Assembly: GCA_964397195.1 (NCBI GenBank)
Contig: CAYNGY010000002.1
Coordinates: 180,012 to 244,011 of the forward strand
DNA from: an uncultured Gammaproteobacteria bacterium
GTDB taxonomy: Bacteria; Patescibacteriota; Patescibacteriia; SBBC01; CAIJZX01
Length of the DNA stretch: 64,000 nucleotides
Direction: 5' to 3'
The position numbers and the translations under genes are program-made. Below the pieces are notes generated by a model. The model was given only the letters and a program-made list of their open reading frames with translations. It was not told the origin of the DNA and ran no database searches. The stretch's first letter is position 1; every line of letters begins with the position of its first letter. Of this stretch, positions 46,696 through 55,842 are shown one piece after another.

Positions 46696-47154
46696 ATGAT
46701 TCACTGGAAACCCGCTCACTCAGCTGCCATCTCGGCTATCTCGCTATCGGTTGCCCTACTGCTGTACTACCTTTTTGCGACCTTGCCGATCCTTCTGCCG
46801 GGGTGGTTGGCCACGGTCATGTCGTTTATGGTGGCCATTCTTCTCGGTTCGACGCTCGATCATGGTCTGCGTGGTGCGCCGCTGAAAAAGCGACTCACTC
46901 GGTTTGTATTGTCGGTGATTACCATCGTCGCTTGGCTCGAGGTAGGTCAGTATATCCTCGTCCGATTATCGGAGGCACCGAATCGGTTGAATTTTCAGAA
47001 TGAGGGATGGTGGTGGCAGATGATCCTGAGCGAACTCGGCTGGCTCAGCTTGGTGGCGATCGTTTTAGCCGGGGTGGGGATGGGCGTGGCGCGTTGGCTG
47101 GAACGGTCATCCACAGCCCTCTTGGTTATTGACCAGCCCAAACAGAAAGCGTAA
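46696..47154 (+). CDS. Hypothetical membrane protein (4 TM)
   Basis: Hydrophobic ORF with ATG at 46696. Confidence 0.6.
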   Translation: MIHWKPAHSAAISAISLSVALLLYYLFATLPILLPGWLATVMSFMVAILLGSTLDHGLRGAPLKKRLTRFVLSVITIVAWLEVGQYILVRLSEAPNRLNFQNEGWWWQMILSELGWLSLVAIVLAGVGMGVARWLERSSTALLVIDQPKQKA

Positions 47155-47240
47155 CATTTCGCTACGGCAAGCCGGTGTAAATCCGGCACTGTCCCGCAAC
47201 CGTAATCCCGGATCACGTCCGGGAAAGTCGGACGCCATCC
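47150..47240 (+). ncRNA. Cobalamin riboswitch (5' boundary uncertain)
   Basis: Core GGCAAGCCGGTGTAAATCCGGCACTGTCCCGCAACCGTAA...AAGTCGGACGCC matches the B12-element consensus. It lies upstream of transcobalamin-like genes and near cobO/nrdJ. Confidence 0.88.
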
Positions 47241-47367
47241 TGAACGCTGTTCAGGTAAAGATAAGACCTTCGTGGAAAGGCACGCATATTCACGTTTGGT
47301 GAATTGCCTGCTCAACACGTTGGCGGGTCCTTATTCGTCCCCGTTTTCGGGATAACCCACCACGCGT

Positions 47368-47712
47368 ATGAAAAAACCCCTTATTCTTGCGGCGATATTC
47401 GCCGTAGCTCTGTTCGGGGCGAGTTGTAGCTCGTCATCGACGACTAATACAAACACGGTCTCAACCGTGACGAATACCTCGAGTGCCGTCAGCTATGCTG
47501 GTCAGGACGGCAAAACTGCGCTAGAATTGCTCGCGCAAACCCACACTATCGATGCCACAACCGAAGGCTTCATCAACGCGATCGACGGACAGAAACCGGA
47601 AGGCCGGCAGTTCTGGGCGTTCTACGTTAACGGCGCGCAAGCGAGCGTCGGCGCGAAAGACTACACGACGAAAACCGGCGACCAGATTGAATGGCGCCTC
47701 GAAGCTTACTAA
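47368..47712 (+). CDS. Lipoprotein with DUF4430 (transcobalamin C-terminal-like) domain, putative B12-binding protein
   Basis: Lipobox-like LFGASC. 'TALELL...FINAIDG...FWAFYVNG..A.VGA..Y....GD.IEW'. Confidence 0.82.
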   Translation: MKKPLILAAIFAVALFGASCSSSSTTNTNTVSTVTNTSSAVSYAGQDGKTALELLAQTHTIDATTEGFINAIDGQKPEGRQFWAFYVNGAQASVGAKDYTTKTGDQIEWRLEAY

Positions 47713-47761
47713 TCAACCGCACGTTTCACTCCATCACCATTGGACCGTCACCTGGACAACA

Positions 47762-48142
47762 GTGGCCGGCGGAACGATCGTGCTCCTCGGATTCATCGTC
47801 TTCGTGCTCTTGGCGATTGTCCTTGTCACCCCCGATAGCCCGGCCGATGCCCGATCGACGGTCACGGTTACCTCAGTCACGCCGCAGGCTCAGCGTTCGG
47901 GTGTGATCCGACTGCGAACGCCGCGTCTGCTCGAAGCGGTCGCGCGCTGGTCGGCCGGGACTGGGCAGGCCACCGAGTACATGACCGTCGGGAGCGGCGC
48001 GACACTGCAACAATGTCTCGGGTATTCAGCGGCTGACGGTCGCTGGCTGATCCGGGTCAACGATCGTATCATCGATGATCTGTTCCACGCCAGACTCCAG
48101 CAAGGTGATGATGTGCGACTCGAATTTATCCCACACTCATGA
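47762..48142 (+). CDS. Membrane-anchored degenerate DUF4430-like protein (start uncertain)
   Basis: TM helix then '...RWLIRVND...RLQQGDDVRL'. The first plausible start after the upstream stop is GTG 47762. Confidence 0.5.
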   Translation: MAGGTIVLLGFIVFVLLAIVLVTPDSPADARSTVTVTSVTPQAQRSGVIRLRTPRLLEAVARWSAGTGQATEYMTVGSGATLQQCLGYSAADGRWLIRVNDRIIDDLFHARLQQGDDVRLEFIPHS

Positions 48143-48699
48143 ATAAAACGCGAACTCTTTTGCTTCCGGTTTTTGGCCTGATTATCATCGGCGCGTTGCT
48201 CCGCGTGTTACGACATTACGGGTGGATTGATCTTCCGCCAAATGTGGCGCCGGTCAGCGTGATTGCCTTCTTGGCGGCGGCGTATCTGCCGCGGCGGTGG
48301 GGCGTTTTCGCGCCACTTGGGTTGATGGCGGCGAGTGATATCGCCATTGGCGGGTATAACTGGCGGATTATGGCCGTGGTCTACGTTTCGTTCGGTATTT
48401 CCTACCTGCTGGGCACGATCTTGCGCCATCGGCGCAGTGTGATGCGGTTGAGCGCGGTGACGCTGGCTGGTGCGACCAGCTTCTTCCTCTTGACCAATGC
48501 CGCTGATTGGCTCTGGAGCGGGACATACGCTCGAACGTTGGGCGAACTCGGCCGGGCGTACCAGGCCGGACTGCCGTTCTTCCGAAATATGCTGATCGGT
48601 GATCTCGCTTACGTCGGCATCGGCTTTGGCATCGTGGAGGGATGTGTGCTATATTGGCGGCGTCATCAGGCTCAGGCCGAGATGACATCCCATGGCTGA
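48139..48699 (+). CDS. DUF6580-like membrane protein, putative ECF S-component-like cobalamin transporter
   Basis: 'R....PPNVAPV', 'SD', 'FFLLTN', 'Y.AGLPFFRN...GDL.Y'. About 6 TM segments, downstream of the B12 riboswitch. Confidence 0.7.
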   Translation: MNKTRTLLLPVFGLIIIGALLRVLRHYGWIDLPPNVAPVSVIAFLAAAYLPRRWGVFAPLGLMAASDIAIGGYNWRIMAVVYVSFGISYLLGTILRHRRSVMRLSAVTLAGATSFFLLTNAADWLWSGTYARTLGELGRAYQAGLPFFRNMLIGDLAYVGIGFGIVEGCVLYWRRHQAQAEMTSHG

Positions 48700-49597
48700 T
48701 TATCGACGGTATCAACCGCGTCGGACCACGTCGTCTATTTCCGGACGAACGGTGGCTATTTGGGTTGTGGCTGGGGTACTGGTGATTGCGGTTTCGACCT
48801 GGCTCTTCCGTGGTCGCGCCACGCCAACTGACACTGGGAATGGGCCGGATATTACGCTCGTCAATGACCAGGCCAACACAAATCAGGTCGTGACCAATGC
48901 GGCGGTGACGAATACCAGTGTGACCAATACCGCGGTGGCGACCACGAGTAGTTTGTCGTCAGCGACGATGGCGACGATTCTCCAGTCTTGCCCGAACGCG
49001 GTATCGCAAGTTGGAACCTCGAAGCGAGTGGCGCTGACCTTTGATATTGTTGATGATGGTGAAGCGGTGACACGCCTGATAGACGTCCTCAAAGCCAAAA
49101 GTATTCCGGCCGCCTTTTTCATTACTGGTACCTATGCGGTTGACCACGGTTCGCTGTTGCAGGAGATTGTGGCCGCCGGGTTCCCGGTCTACAGTCGAGG
49201 CACGTCGACGAGTGTCAAATTTGGGACGGCCGAGGCGGCGACTGTGACGAGCGATCTGACGACCGCTGAGGCGAAAATTTCGGCGGCCAGCGGCCAGAGC
49301 GCAAAACCGTTTTTCCGCCCGGCCCGTGGTGAGACAAGTGCGGCGGCGGTGACGGCGGCGCGGCAGGCGGGTTTTTGTACTATCACTTGGACGGTAGACG
49401 GGAATGATTGGGACGATACGCAAACCGCGGATGGTGCGTCAACGCGCGTGCTGGACCGACTGACAAACGGGGCGATTGTGCTGTTTGGCGCTGGGTACGA
49501 GATTACGCCAACGGCCGTGGAAACGCTCGCCACCGAGATCCCGAAACGGGGATATACGTTATCCACGCTCGCTGAACTCTTCACAGCTGACAGGTAG
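48692..49597 (+). CDS. Membrane-anchored polysaccharide deacetylase (CE4/NodB)-like protein, catalytic residues degenerate
   Basis: VALTFD, AAFFITG, FFRP, WTVD..DW, GAIVL are present, but the His ligands are missing. Confidence 0.8.
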   Translation: MADYRRYQPRRTTSSISGRTVAIWVVAGVLVIAVSTWLFRGRATPTDTGNGPDITLVNDQANTNQVVTNAAVTNTSVTNTAVATTSSLSSATMATILQSCPNAVSQVGTSKRVALTFDIVDDGEAVTRLIDVLKAKSIPAAFFITGTYAVDHGSLLQEIVAAGFPVYSRGTSTSVKFGTAEAATVTSDLTTAEAKISAASGQSAKPFFRPARGETSAAAVTAARQAGFCTITWTVDGNDWDDTQTADGASTRVLDRLTNGAIVLFGAGYEITPTAVETLATEIPKRGYTLSTLAELFTADR

Positions 49598-49647
49598 CGG
49601 AGAGTCGTATATACTACGTTCTGTCGTAGCATTAGGAGTTACGTTTT

Positions 49648-50847
49648 ATGGATACACCTATCACATCGCGTCCGTCGACGCTTTCCACAAATACCATCGG
49701 GTTGCTGATCGTGCTGAGTCTCGTTTTTGGCGGGGCAAGTGGGGCGACCATGGCCTACGTCCTGATCGGTAACGATGCGACGCCGGGAACCGGGACCACG
49801 CGACAAACAGTGAGTGTCGTGGAGAGCTCGGCCACGATTGATGTCGTGAAGAAGGCGAACCCGGCCGTGGTTAGCGTCATTGCTAGTAAAGACTACTCGC
49901 AAATTTACGGGAACCGCCCGGTCTCCCCATACGACCAATTCTTCGGTATCGGGAACAACACGCCATCAACACCGCAAGGGAAAACCGAAGTCTCAAGCGG
50001 ATCGGGGTTCATTGTTCGGGCCGATGGATTGATTGTGACCAATAAGCATGTGGTGAGCGATACCGATGCCCAATACACGGTGGTCATGAATGACGGGAAG
50101 AAATACGATGCCAAGATTTTGGCGACCGATCCCTCAAATGACGTGGCCTTTGTGAAGATTGAGGCTACCGGGTTGCCAACCTTAACGTTGGGCGACTCGG
50201 ACGCGGTGCAGATTGGTCAGAGTGTGGTGGCTATCGGCAATGCCCTCGGTCAGTACCGGAACACCGTGACGCAAGGGGTGATTTCTGGACAATCACGGAA
50301 TATTACGGCTGGTGACGGCTCGGGTTCGTCGGAGAGCCTGACAGACGTGTTCCAGACGGATGCCAGCATCAATCCGGGGAACTCAGGCGGCCCGTTGTTG
50401 GACCTGACCGGGAGCGTGGTGGCGATGAATACGGCTATTGATCAACAGGGGACGTTGATCGGTTTTGCGATTCCCATTAATGCGGTCAAAAAAGACCTCG
50501 AGAGCGTTGAAAAGAACGGTAAGATCGTCCAGCCGTACTTAGGTGTTCGCTATACGCTTCTCACAAAAGCCATTGCCGATAAGAATTCGTTGCCGGTTGA
50601 TGCTGGGGCCTGGATTCAAAAGGGGACCGGGGCGGATGAGGTCGCGGTCTTGGCCGATAGTCCGGCTTCCAAGGCGGGCTTAGCCGAGGGCGACATCATT
50701 GTCTCGCTCAATGGTGCGGAGATTAGTGAGGATCATCCGCTGACCGGCATTTTGACGAAATTCATGCCCGGGGATGTGGTGACCATCGTTATTTACCACG
50801 GCAATCAGAAAAAAGAGGTCAAAGTGGCGCTCGAGGAGCGAAAGTAG
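49648..50847 (+). CDS. htrA: HtrA/DegP-family serine protease with PDZ domain
   Basis: GSGF, TNKHVV, DVA, QTDASINPGNSGGPL, PDZ 'SPA.KAGL..GDII'. Confidence 0.95.
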   Translation: MDTPITSRPSTLSTNTIGLLIVLSLVFGGASGATMAYVLIGNDATPGTGTTRQTVSVVESSATIDVVKKANPAVVSVIASKDYSQIYGNRPVSPYDQFFGIGNNTPSTPQGKTEVSSGSGFIVRADGLIVTNKHVVSDTDAQYTVVMNDGKKYDAKILATDPSNDVAFVKIEATGLPTLTLGDSDAVQIGQSVVAIGNALGQYRNTVTQGVISGQSRNITAGDGSGSSESLTDVFQTDASINPGNSGGPLLDLTGSVVAMNTAIDQQGTLIGFAIPINAVKKDLESVEKNGKIVQPYLGVRYTLLTKAIADKNSLPVDAGAWIQKGTGADEVAVLADSPASKAGLAEGDIIVSLNGAEISEDHPLTGILTKFMPGDVVTIVIYHGNQKKEVKVALEERK

Positions 50848-50953
50848 ACTCTCCAATTCCATCCGGCCCATGACCGCCTGGCAGTGGCGGGTTTCTTGGG
50901 ATCTGTGGAAAAAAGATGCGCATGATCTCAGAATGTGGTATAGTAGTGCCCGA

Positions 50954-52372
50954 ATGGAAAGAATCAATATGCGGAGACGCTCGGGCCAAGTTCCGACGGC
51001 CGCCATCATCGTTGTCTCGATATTTGCCGTCATGTTTATCGGTACGGTGACGTTTTTTGTGTATCAGTTCCAAAAAGGGAGCTCAAAGACTAATAAAAAC
51101 ACGACGGTTGTTACTAAGAACAACAATAAAAACAAGAACGCGAATACAGGTAATACTACGAATACGGCGGCCAACCAAAACACCAATGCGAGCGTTGGTG
51201 TTGATATTGCGCCAAGCGAATCGATCCCCGAGACATGGAAAACCTATACCAACGGCTTAGCGAACTACTCCATTCGATATCCCGACACGTGGACATTGCA
51301 GGAAGTTTCGATCGCAGATCATCCGGTGCAAAAGATTGCCGTTCGGTATGTGAAGTTTTTAAACCCGAATGGGCAAGTCACCTTGAGCCTTGGTGTTCGA
51401 CGTGTGGGTGATACCTATGGTATCAATGAGCGCACGGCGGCGCCGACCGGGACGCTGTCGACCGGTATCACATTCCGGATCGCCGCGATTGACGTCAATA
51501 GTTCAAACCTTGTGGTTGACAGTGCGGTGCCGGCAATTTTCTACTACCCGCTCAAGCCATTTGGCTACACATATCTCGAGGGTCGCGAAGTCCAGGCTGA
51601 GCTGGCGATTACGGCAGTGCCGGGAGTGGCCAAGCCGGTGACCGATTTACTGAAGAGTAATGAAACGCAGGTCGCGAACACTATCCTCAGCTCGCTGGCG
51701 TTCACGGACATTAGTACGCCGGTAACACAGCCACCAGTTTCGGCGGTGCCGCTCGGCCAATTCAAAATCGAATCCTACCGACCAGCGCCGGGTGAGTTAG
51801 CCGATACGCGACTGATTAACCTTGACGGTGGGAAACGAACGGTCGAAATCGAAAGTACCAGAACCCGAGCGGGGCTGGCTTCCGGTCATGCGTTAACGAT
51901 GGTCGTGTTTCCGGCTTTTGGCACAACGCTCTATTTGCAAGACCAGGAATTAAAAACGGGTACTGTGGGTGGGGCGTTATGGACCTACGACGTGACATCG
52001 AAACGTTTAACGAAACAGTCGACGTATCCGGAAATAGGCTGGGGGAAAGTGGCGGTGAATAAAGTTCGAACGCGGGCCGTGTACACGTCGAGTACTGTTC
52101 GTGATGACAGTGGTGATGTGAAAGTCTTGTACTATCTCGATCTTGTTCAGAACTCGCTGGCGTCGTTGGTGACCCTCGTGGACAATCGAACCTTCAGTTC
52201 CGGTTGGGGCGGATCGACGAACACATTTCTTTTTAGCTTCAAAACGGACGACACGGTCAAGTACACGTTCTACGACCAGAACTCTGGAAATAAGCAATCA
52301 AAAATGCAAAAAACGAAACTGGGCGAGGGCCAAATCGTCGTGCCTGGCGCGAACCCAGCAACACAAAAATAA
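50954..52372 (+). CDS. Membrane-anchored extracellular protein with N/T/K-rich linker, PsbP-like domain and a possible beta-propeller
   Basis: Single TM helix. 'WKTYTN....YSIRYP.TW'. Start is 50954 or 50969. Confidence 0.6.
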   Translation: MERINMRRRSGQVPTAAIIVVSIFAVMFIGTVTFFVYQFQKGSSKTNKNTTVVTKNNNKNKNANTGNTTNTAANQNTNASVGVDIAPSESIPETWKTYTNGLANYSIRYPDTWTLQEVSIADHPVQKIAVRYVKFLNPNGQVTLSLGVRRVGDTYGINERTAAPTGTLSTGITFRIAAIDVNSSNLVVDSAVPAIFYYPLKPFGYTYLEGREVQAELAITAVPGVAKPVTDLLKSNETQVANTILSSLAFTDISTPVTQPPVSAVPLGQFKIESYRPAPGELADTRLINLDGGKRTVEIESTRTRAGLASGHALTMVVFPAFGTTLYLQDQELKTGTVGGALWTYDVTSKRLTKQSTYPEIGWGKVAVNKVRTRAVYTSSTVRDDSGDVKVLYYLDLVQNSLASLVTLVDNRTFSSGWGGSTNTFLFSFKTDDTVKYTFYDQNSGNKQSKMQKTKLGEGQIVVPGANPATQK

Positions 52373-52410
52373 CAATATATTTACTCCTAACAAGATAATA
52401 CCAAACATCT

Positions 52411-52674
52411 ATGGCGGACATGCAAACACCACAAACCCCGATGATGCCGGTGCAGAAAAAGCCGGTTAAAAAGAGCGGAGCCTGGCACGTGATGATGCCG
52501 ATCGCCGTTATGGCCTTCGCCATTATGGCGCTGATCTTCTTCATCGACTGGTCGATGGATTATTTCAGCAACGGGACCGTTAAGAACACGTCGAATACGA
52601 ATACGACGAATACGGCGGCGACGCGTTTAATGAACACGAACGGAGCGAACACCAACGCCGCCGAAACAGAGTAA
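52411..52674 (+). CDS. Small single-TM protein with Asn/Thr-rich tail
   Basis: TM helix then KNTSNTNTTNT...NTN. Confidence 0.6.
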   Translation: MADMQTPQTPMMPVQKKPVKKSGAWHVMMPIAVMAFAIMALIFFIDWSMDYFSNGTVKNTSNTNTTNTAATRLMNTNGANTNAAETE

Positions 52675-52719
52675 ATTTTTTCTGTTTTCCCTGGTCGTGG
52701 TTCGATCGGGGACGCACAC

Positions 52720-52751
52720 GCACCGCCGCGGTTGGCGGTGCTTGTGTTTTT
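52720..52751 (+). terminator. Rho-independent terminator
   Basis: GCACCGCC-loop-GGCGGTGC followed by TTGTGTTTTT. Confidence 0.55.
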
Positions 52752-52779
52752 GCGTGATTGGCCGTATTCTGAGGGGACT

Positions 52780-53899
52780 ATGAATGATCAGGTGCGTAAA
52801 TTGGAACACCTCCGGACGAAGCTCGATTCGGCCCGGGGGTTACTTTGACCTCGATCAGCGCCGTCAGCAGATTTTAGAATCAGAGGAGGCGATGAGTCAC
52901 CCCGGCTTTTGGGCTGACAGAAACACTGCGGAAACCCGGACGCGCGACCTGAAAGCGATGAAAGATGAGGTCGCGGCCTGGGAGGCGATTGAACGCGATG
53001 TGGCTTCGTGGCTGGAGTTAGCGGCTATGGCTGAGGAGAGTCAGCGTGCGGAAGTGGAAAAAGCGGTCGCCGAGATTGAGGAGCGATACCGTCAACTTGA
53101 GTTTTCGCTCTTACTTGATGACGAACATGATGTGACGAACGCGATTGTGGCGGTTCATGCCGGGACCGGCGGGACCGACGCCATGGACTGGGCAGAGATT
53201 CTTGAACGAATGCTCCTGCGTTTCTGTGAGCAACGGGGCTGGAGTACGCGAGTGATTGATCGATCGATGGGACAAGAAGCGGGGATTAAAAGTACAACGA
53301 TCGAAGTTCGCGGACGAATGGCCTATGGGTATTTAAAGAGCGAGCATGGTGTCCACCGACTGGTTCGAATTTCGCCGTTCGATGCGGAGAAAATGCGACA
53401 CACATCTTTTGCCTTGGTCGAGGTTCTCCCGGAACTGGAAGATGTCCAGGCAATTACGATTGATCCAAAAGATATTCGCGTTGATACGTACTTAGCGTCA
53501 GGTCATGGTGGCCAGGGCGTGCAAACGACCTACTCCGCGGTGCGGGTCGTCCACTTGCCGACGAAAATTACCGTGGCGGTGCAAAATGAGCGGTCACAAA
53601 CACAGAACAAAGAAACGGCCATGAAGATTCTTTACGCGAAACTCCTTCAATTGGAGATTGAAAAAAAAGCGGCTGAAAAAGCTAAGTTGCGCGGCGAGTA
53701 TCACGAAGCCGCGTGGGGAAATCAGATTCGATCATACGTCATGCAGCCGTATCGGCTCGTTAAGGATCATCGGACGAAGCATGAGACGTCGCAAGTTGAT
53801 GCGGTGCTGAACGGAGACTTGATGCCGTTTATGGATGCGTATTTACGTTGGGTCAAGGCCGGACGGCCGCGCTTGGTGAAAGAATCGGAAGACGTATAA
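52780..53899 (+). CDS. prfB: Peptide chain release factor 2 with programmed +1 frameshift
   Basis: ATG 52780 reads MNDQVRKLEHLRTKLDSARGLL to CTT-TGA-C (52843-52849), preceded by the SD-like GGGGG. The +1 frame continues with the SPF and GGQ motifs. Confidence 0.96.
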
Positions 53900-53911
53900 T
53901 TATTTCAATCT

Positions 53912-55789
53912 ATGTGTGGAATCGTTGGATATATCGGACAACAATCGGCGGCGGGGCTCTTAGTGGCTGGCCTAGAGAAGCTTGAATATCGTGGGTATGA
54001 TTCAGCCGGAGTGGCGATTATTGATGACCAGCAGAGCTTAGTCATCCACAAGCGGCAAGGAAAGGTGGCGGTGACGGCCGCCGCTGTTCGTGAACATCAG
54101 CCGCGGGGGACGATGGGGATTGCCCATACTCGCTGGGCCACGCATGGTGAGCCGAGTGACCGGAACGCACATCCGCACGCTGACTGCTTGGACACGATCG
54201 CCGTCGTCCATAATGGACAACTCCCGAATTATCAGGCCTTGCGAAGTCGCTTGGCGGCGGACGGTCATACGCTTCGTTCGGACACCGACACGGAAGTGAT
54301 CGCGCATCTCCTGGAAGAGTTTCGGTCGAAAGGCGATGATTTCGTTACAGCGGTACGTCATACGATTAGCCTTCTGGAAGGCGGGACATTTGCGTTAGTA
54401 GTGATTGATCGTCGGGAGCCCGATCAAATGGTCGCCGCGTGTCTCGGGAGCCCGATGTATGTTGGAGTGAATGACCACGAACTTTTTGTCGCCTCGGATC
54501 ATCGGGCCTTTCGGGCCTCGACATCGCGTTCCATTCAGCTGCAAGACGGGCAGATGGCCATCTTAGGACGCCATGGGGCATACAAGATTATGACCTTTGA
54601 TCAGACGACCATCGCCCCGGCTGTTCAGGAGTTGAAATACCGGCTGGAGGATCTCGAGAAGGAAGGGTATGGGACGTTTATGGAAAAGGAAATCCATGAA
54701 CAACCGGACGTTATTCGACGGGTGCTTGAGGGACGCGCGACTGATGATGGCCATGTTCGTCTGGGTGGTATTGAATCGCATCCGGAGTTTGCTCGGTTTG
54801 TCGCCGAAGAAATGCGTCAGGTACTTATCCTTGGTTGTGGGACATCTCTGTTTGCGGGGGAGGCGATCGCACGTTTTTTTCAAGAACAAGGATTCACCGT
54901 GGAAGCGATGGATGCGGCGGAATTTGCCACCTCACATATGAAGGTGACGCCAGCCACGTTGGTGATCCCAATTTCACAATCTGGCACGACCGCCGATCTG
55001 TTGGTGGCGATGGATAAAGTGCGGGCTGCCGGCGCTGTCAGTTTTGCTTTGGTCAATGTGCCGGGTTCGAAATTGACGACCTACGGAACGGGAATGCATC
55101 TCCAGGCCGGACCGGAGACTGGGGTGGCTTCAACTAAGGCGTTCGTGGCGCAGGTGTTGAGCGGTGCGCTACTCGTCACGGCTCTGGCGCAACGTGATCG
55201 ACTGAATGCGCCCCACGTCCGGGCGTTTCTCGATCGGGCCGAGGGTCTCTCACGGGCGGTGGCTACAATCCTCGAGGCAAATGATACATTTCGGATGATC
55301 GGGCACGAATTAGCGACTACCCCGCGGATGCTGTACATTGGTCGCGGGTACGGATTGTCGGTGGCGAAAGAAGGGGCTTTGAAGATGATGGAAATCGCTC
55401 GAATCCCAAGTTTAGGGATGTCCGCGGCGACCATGAAGCACGGTCCGATCGCCTTGGTTGATACAGAGACAACCGTGGTGGCACTCTGTTTCCGCGATCC
55501 GCGAGTCCCCGAGCTCTACGACCTGACATTAAGTAATGTTGAGCAGGTGCTGGCACGAGGCGGCAGAGTGATTGCCATTACCGAAGTTGGTGATGAGCGC
55601 GTCCCAACGCTTGGCCCATCCGGGAACCACCCGCGACATGTGATTCAGGTGCCGGCGGTGCAGTACGGCATTTTGACGGCTATTACCGGCGTGGTGCCAT
55701 TGCAGGCCATCGCCCTCCATACAGCAGCGGCGCGGGGAATGAATGTTGACCAGCCGATGAATCTCGCGAAGTCGGTGACGGTCCTGTAG
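53912..55789 (+). CDS. glmS: Glutamine--fructose-6-phosphate transaminase
   Basis: MCGIVG, LEYRGYDSAG, HTRWATHG, SQSG.T, STKAF, KHGP, NLAKSVTV. Confidence 0.96.
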   Translation: MCGIVGYIGQQSAAGLLVAGLEKLEYRGYDSAGVAIIDDQQSLVIHKRQGKVAVTAAAVREHQPRGTMGIAHTRWATHGEPSDRNAHPHADCLDTIAVVHNGQLPNYQALRSRLAADGHTLRSDTDTEVIAHLLEEFRSKGDDFVTAVRHTISLLEGGTFALVVIDRREPDQMVAACLGSPMYVGVNDHELFVASDHRAFRASTSRSIQLQDGQMAILGRHGAYKIMTFDQTTIAPAVQELKYRLEDLEKEGYGTFMEKEIHEQPDVIRRVLEGRATDDGHVRLGGIESHPEFARFVAEEMRQVLILGCGTSLFAGEAIARFFQEQGFTVEAMDAAEFATSHMKVTPATLVIPISQSGTTADLLVAMDKVRAAGAVSFALVNVPGSKLTTYGTGMHLQAGPETGVASTKAFVAQVLSGALLVTALAQRDRLNAPHVRAFLDRAEGLSRAVATILEANDTFRMIGHELATTPRMLYIGRGYGLSVAKEGALKMMEIARIPSLGMSAATMKHGPIALVDTETTVVALCFRDPRVPELYDLTLSNVEQVLARGGRVIAITEVGDERVPTLGPSGNHPRHVIQVPAVQYGILTAITGVVPLQAIALHTAAARGMNVDQPMNLAKSVTVL

Positions 55790-55842
55790 ATCTTGACGCG
55801 AAAAACGCGTCGGCTACACTACGGGTAGGTTGGTGGCGCGCT

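Noticed and set aside
53900-53911. glmS ribozyme
   Set aside because: Only 12 nt separate prfB and glmS.
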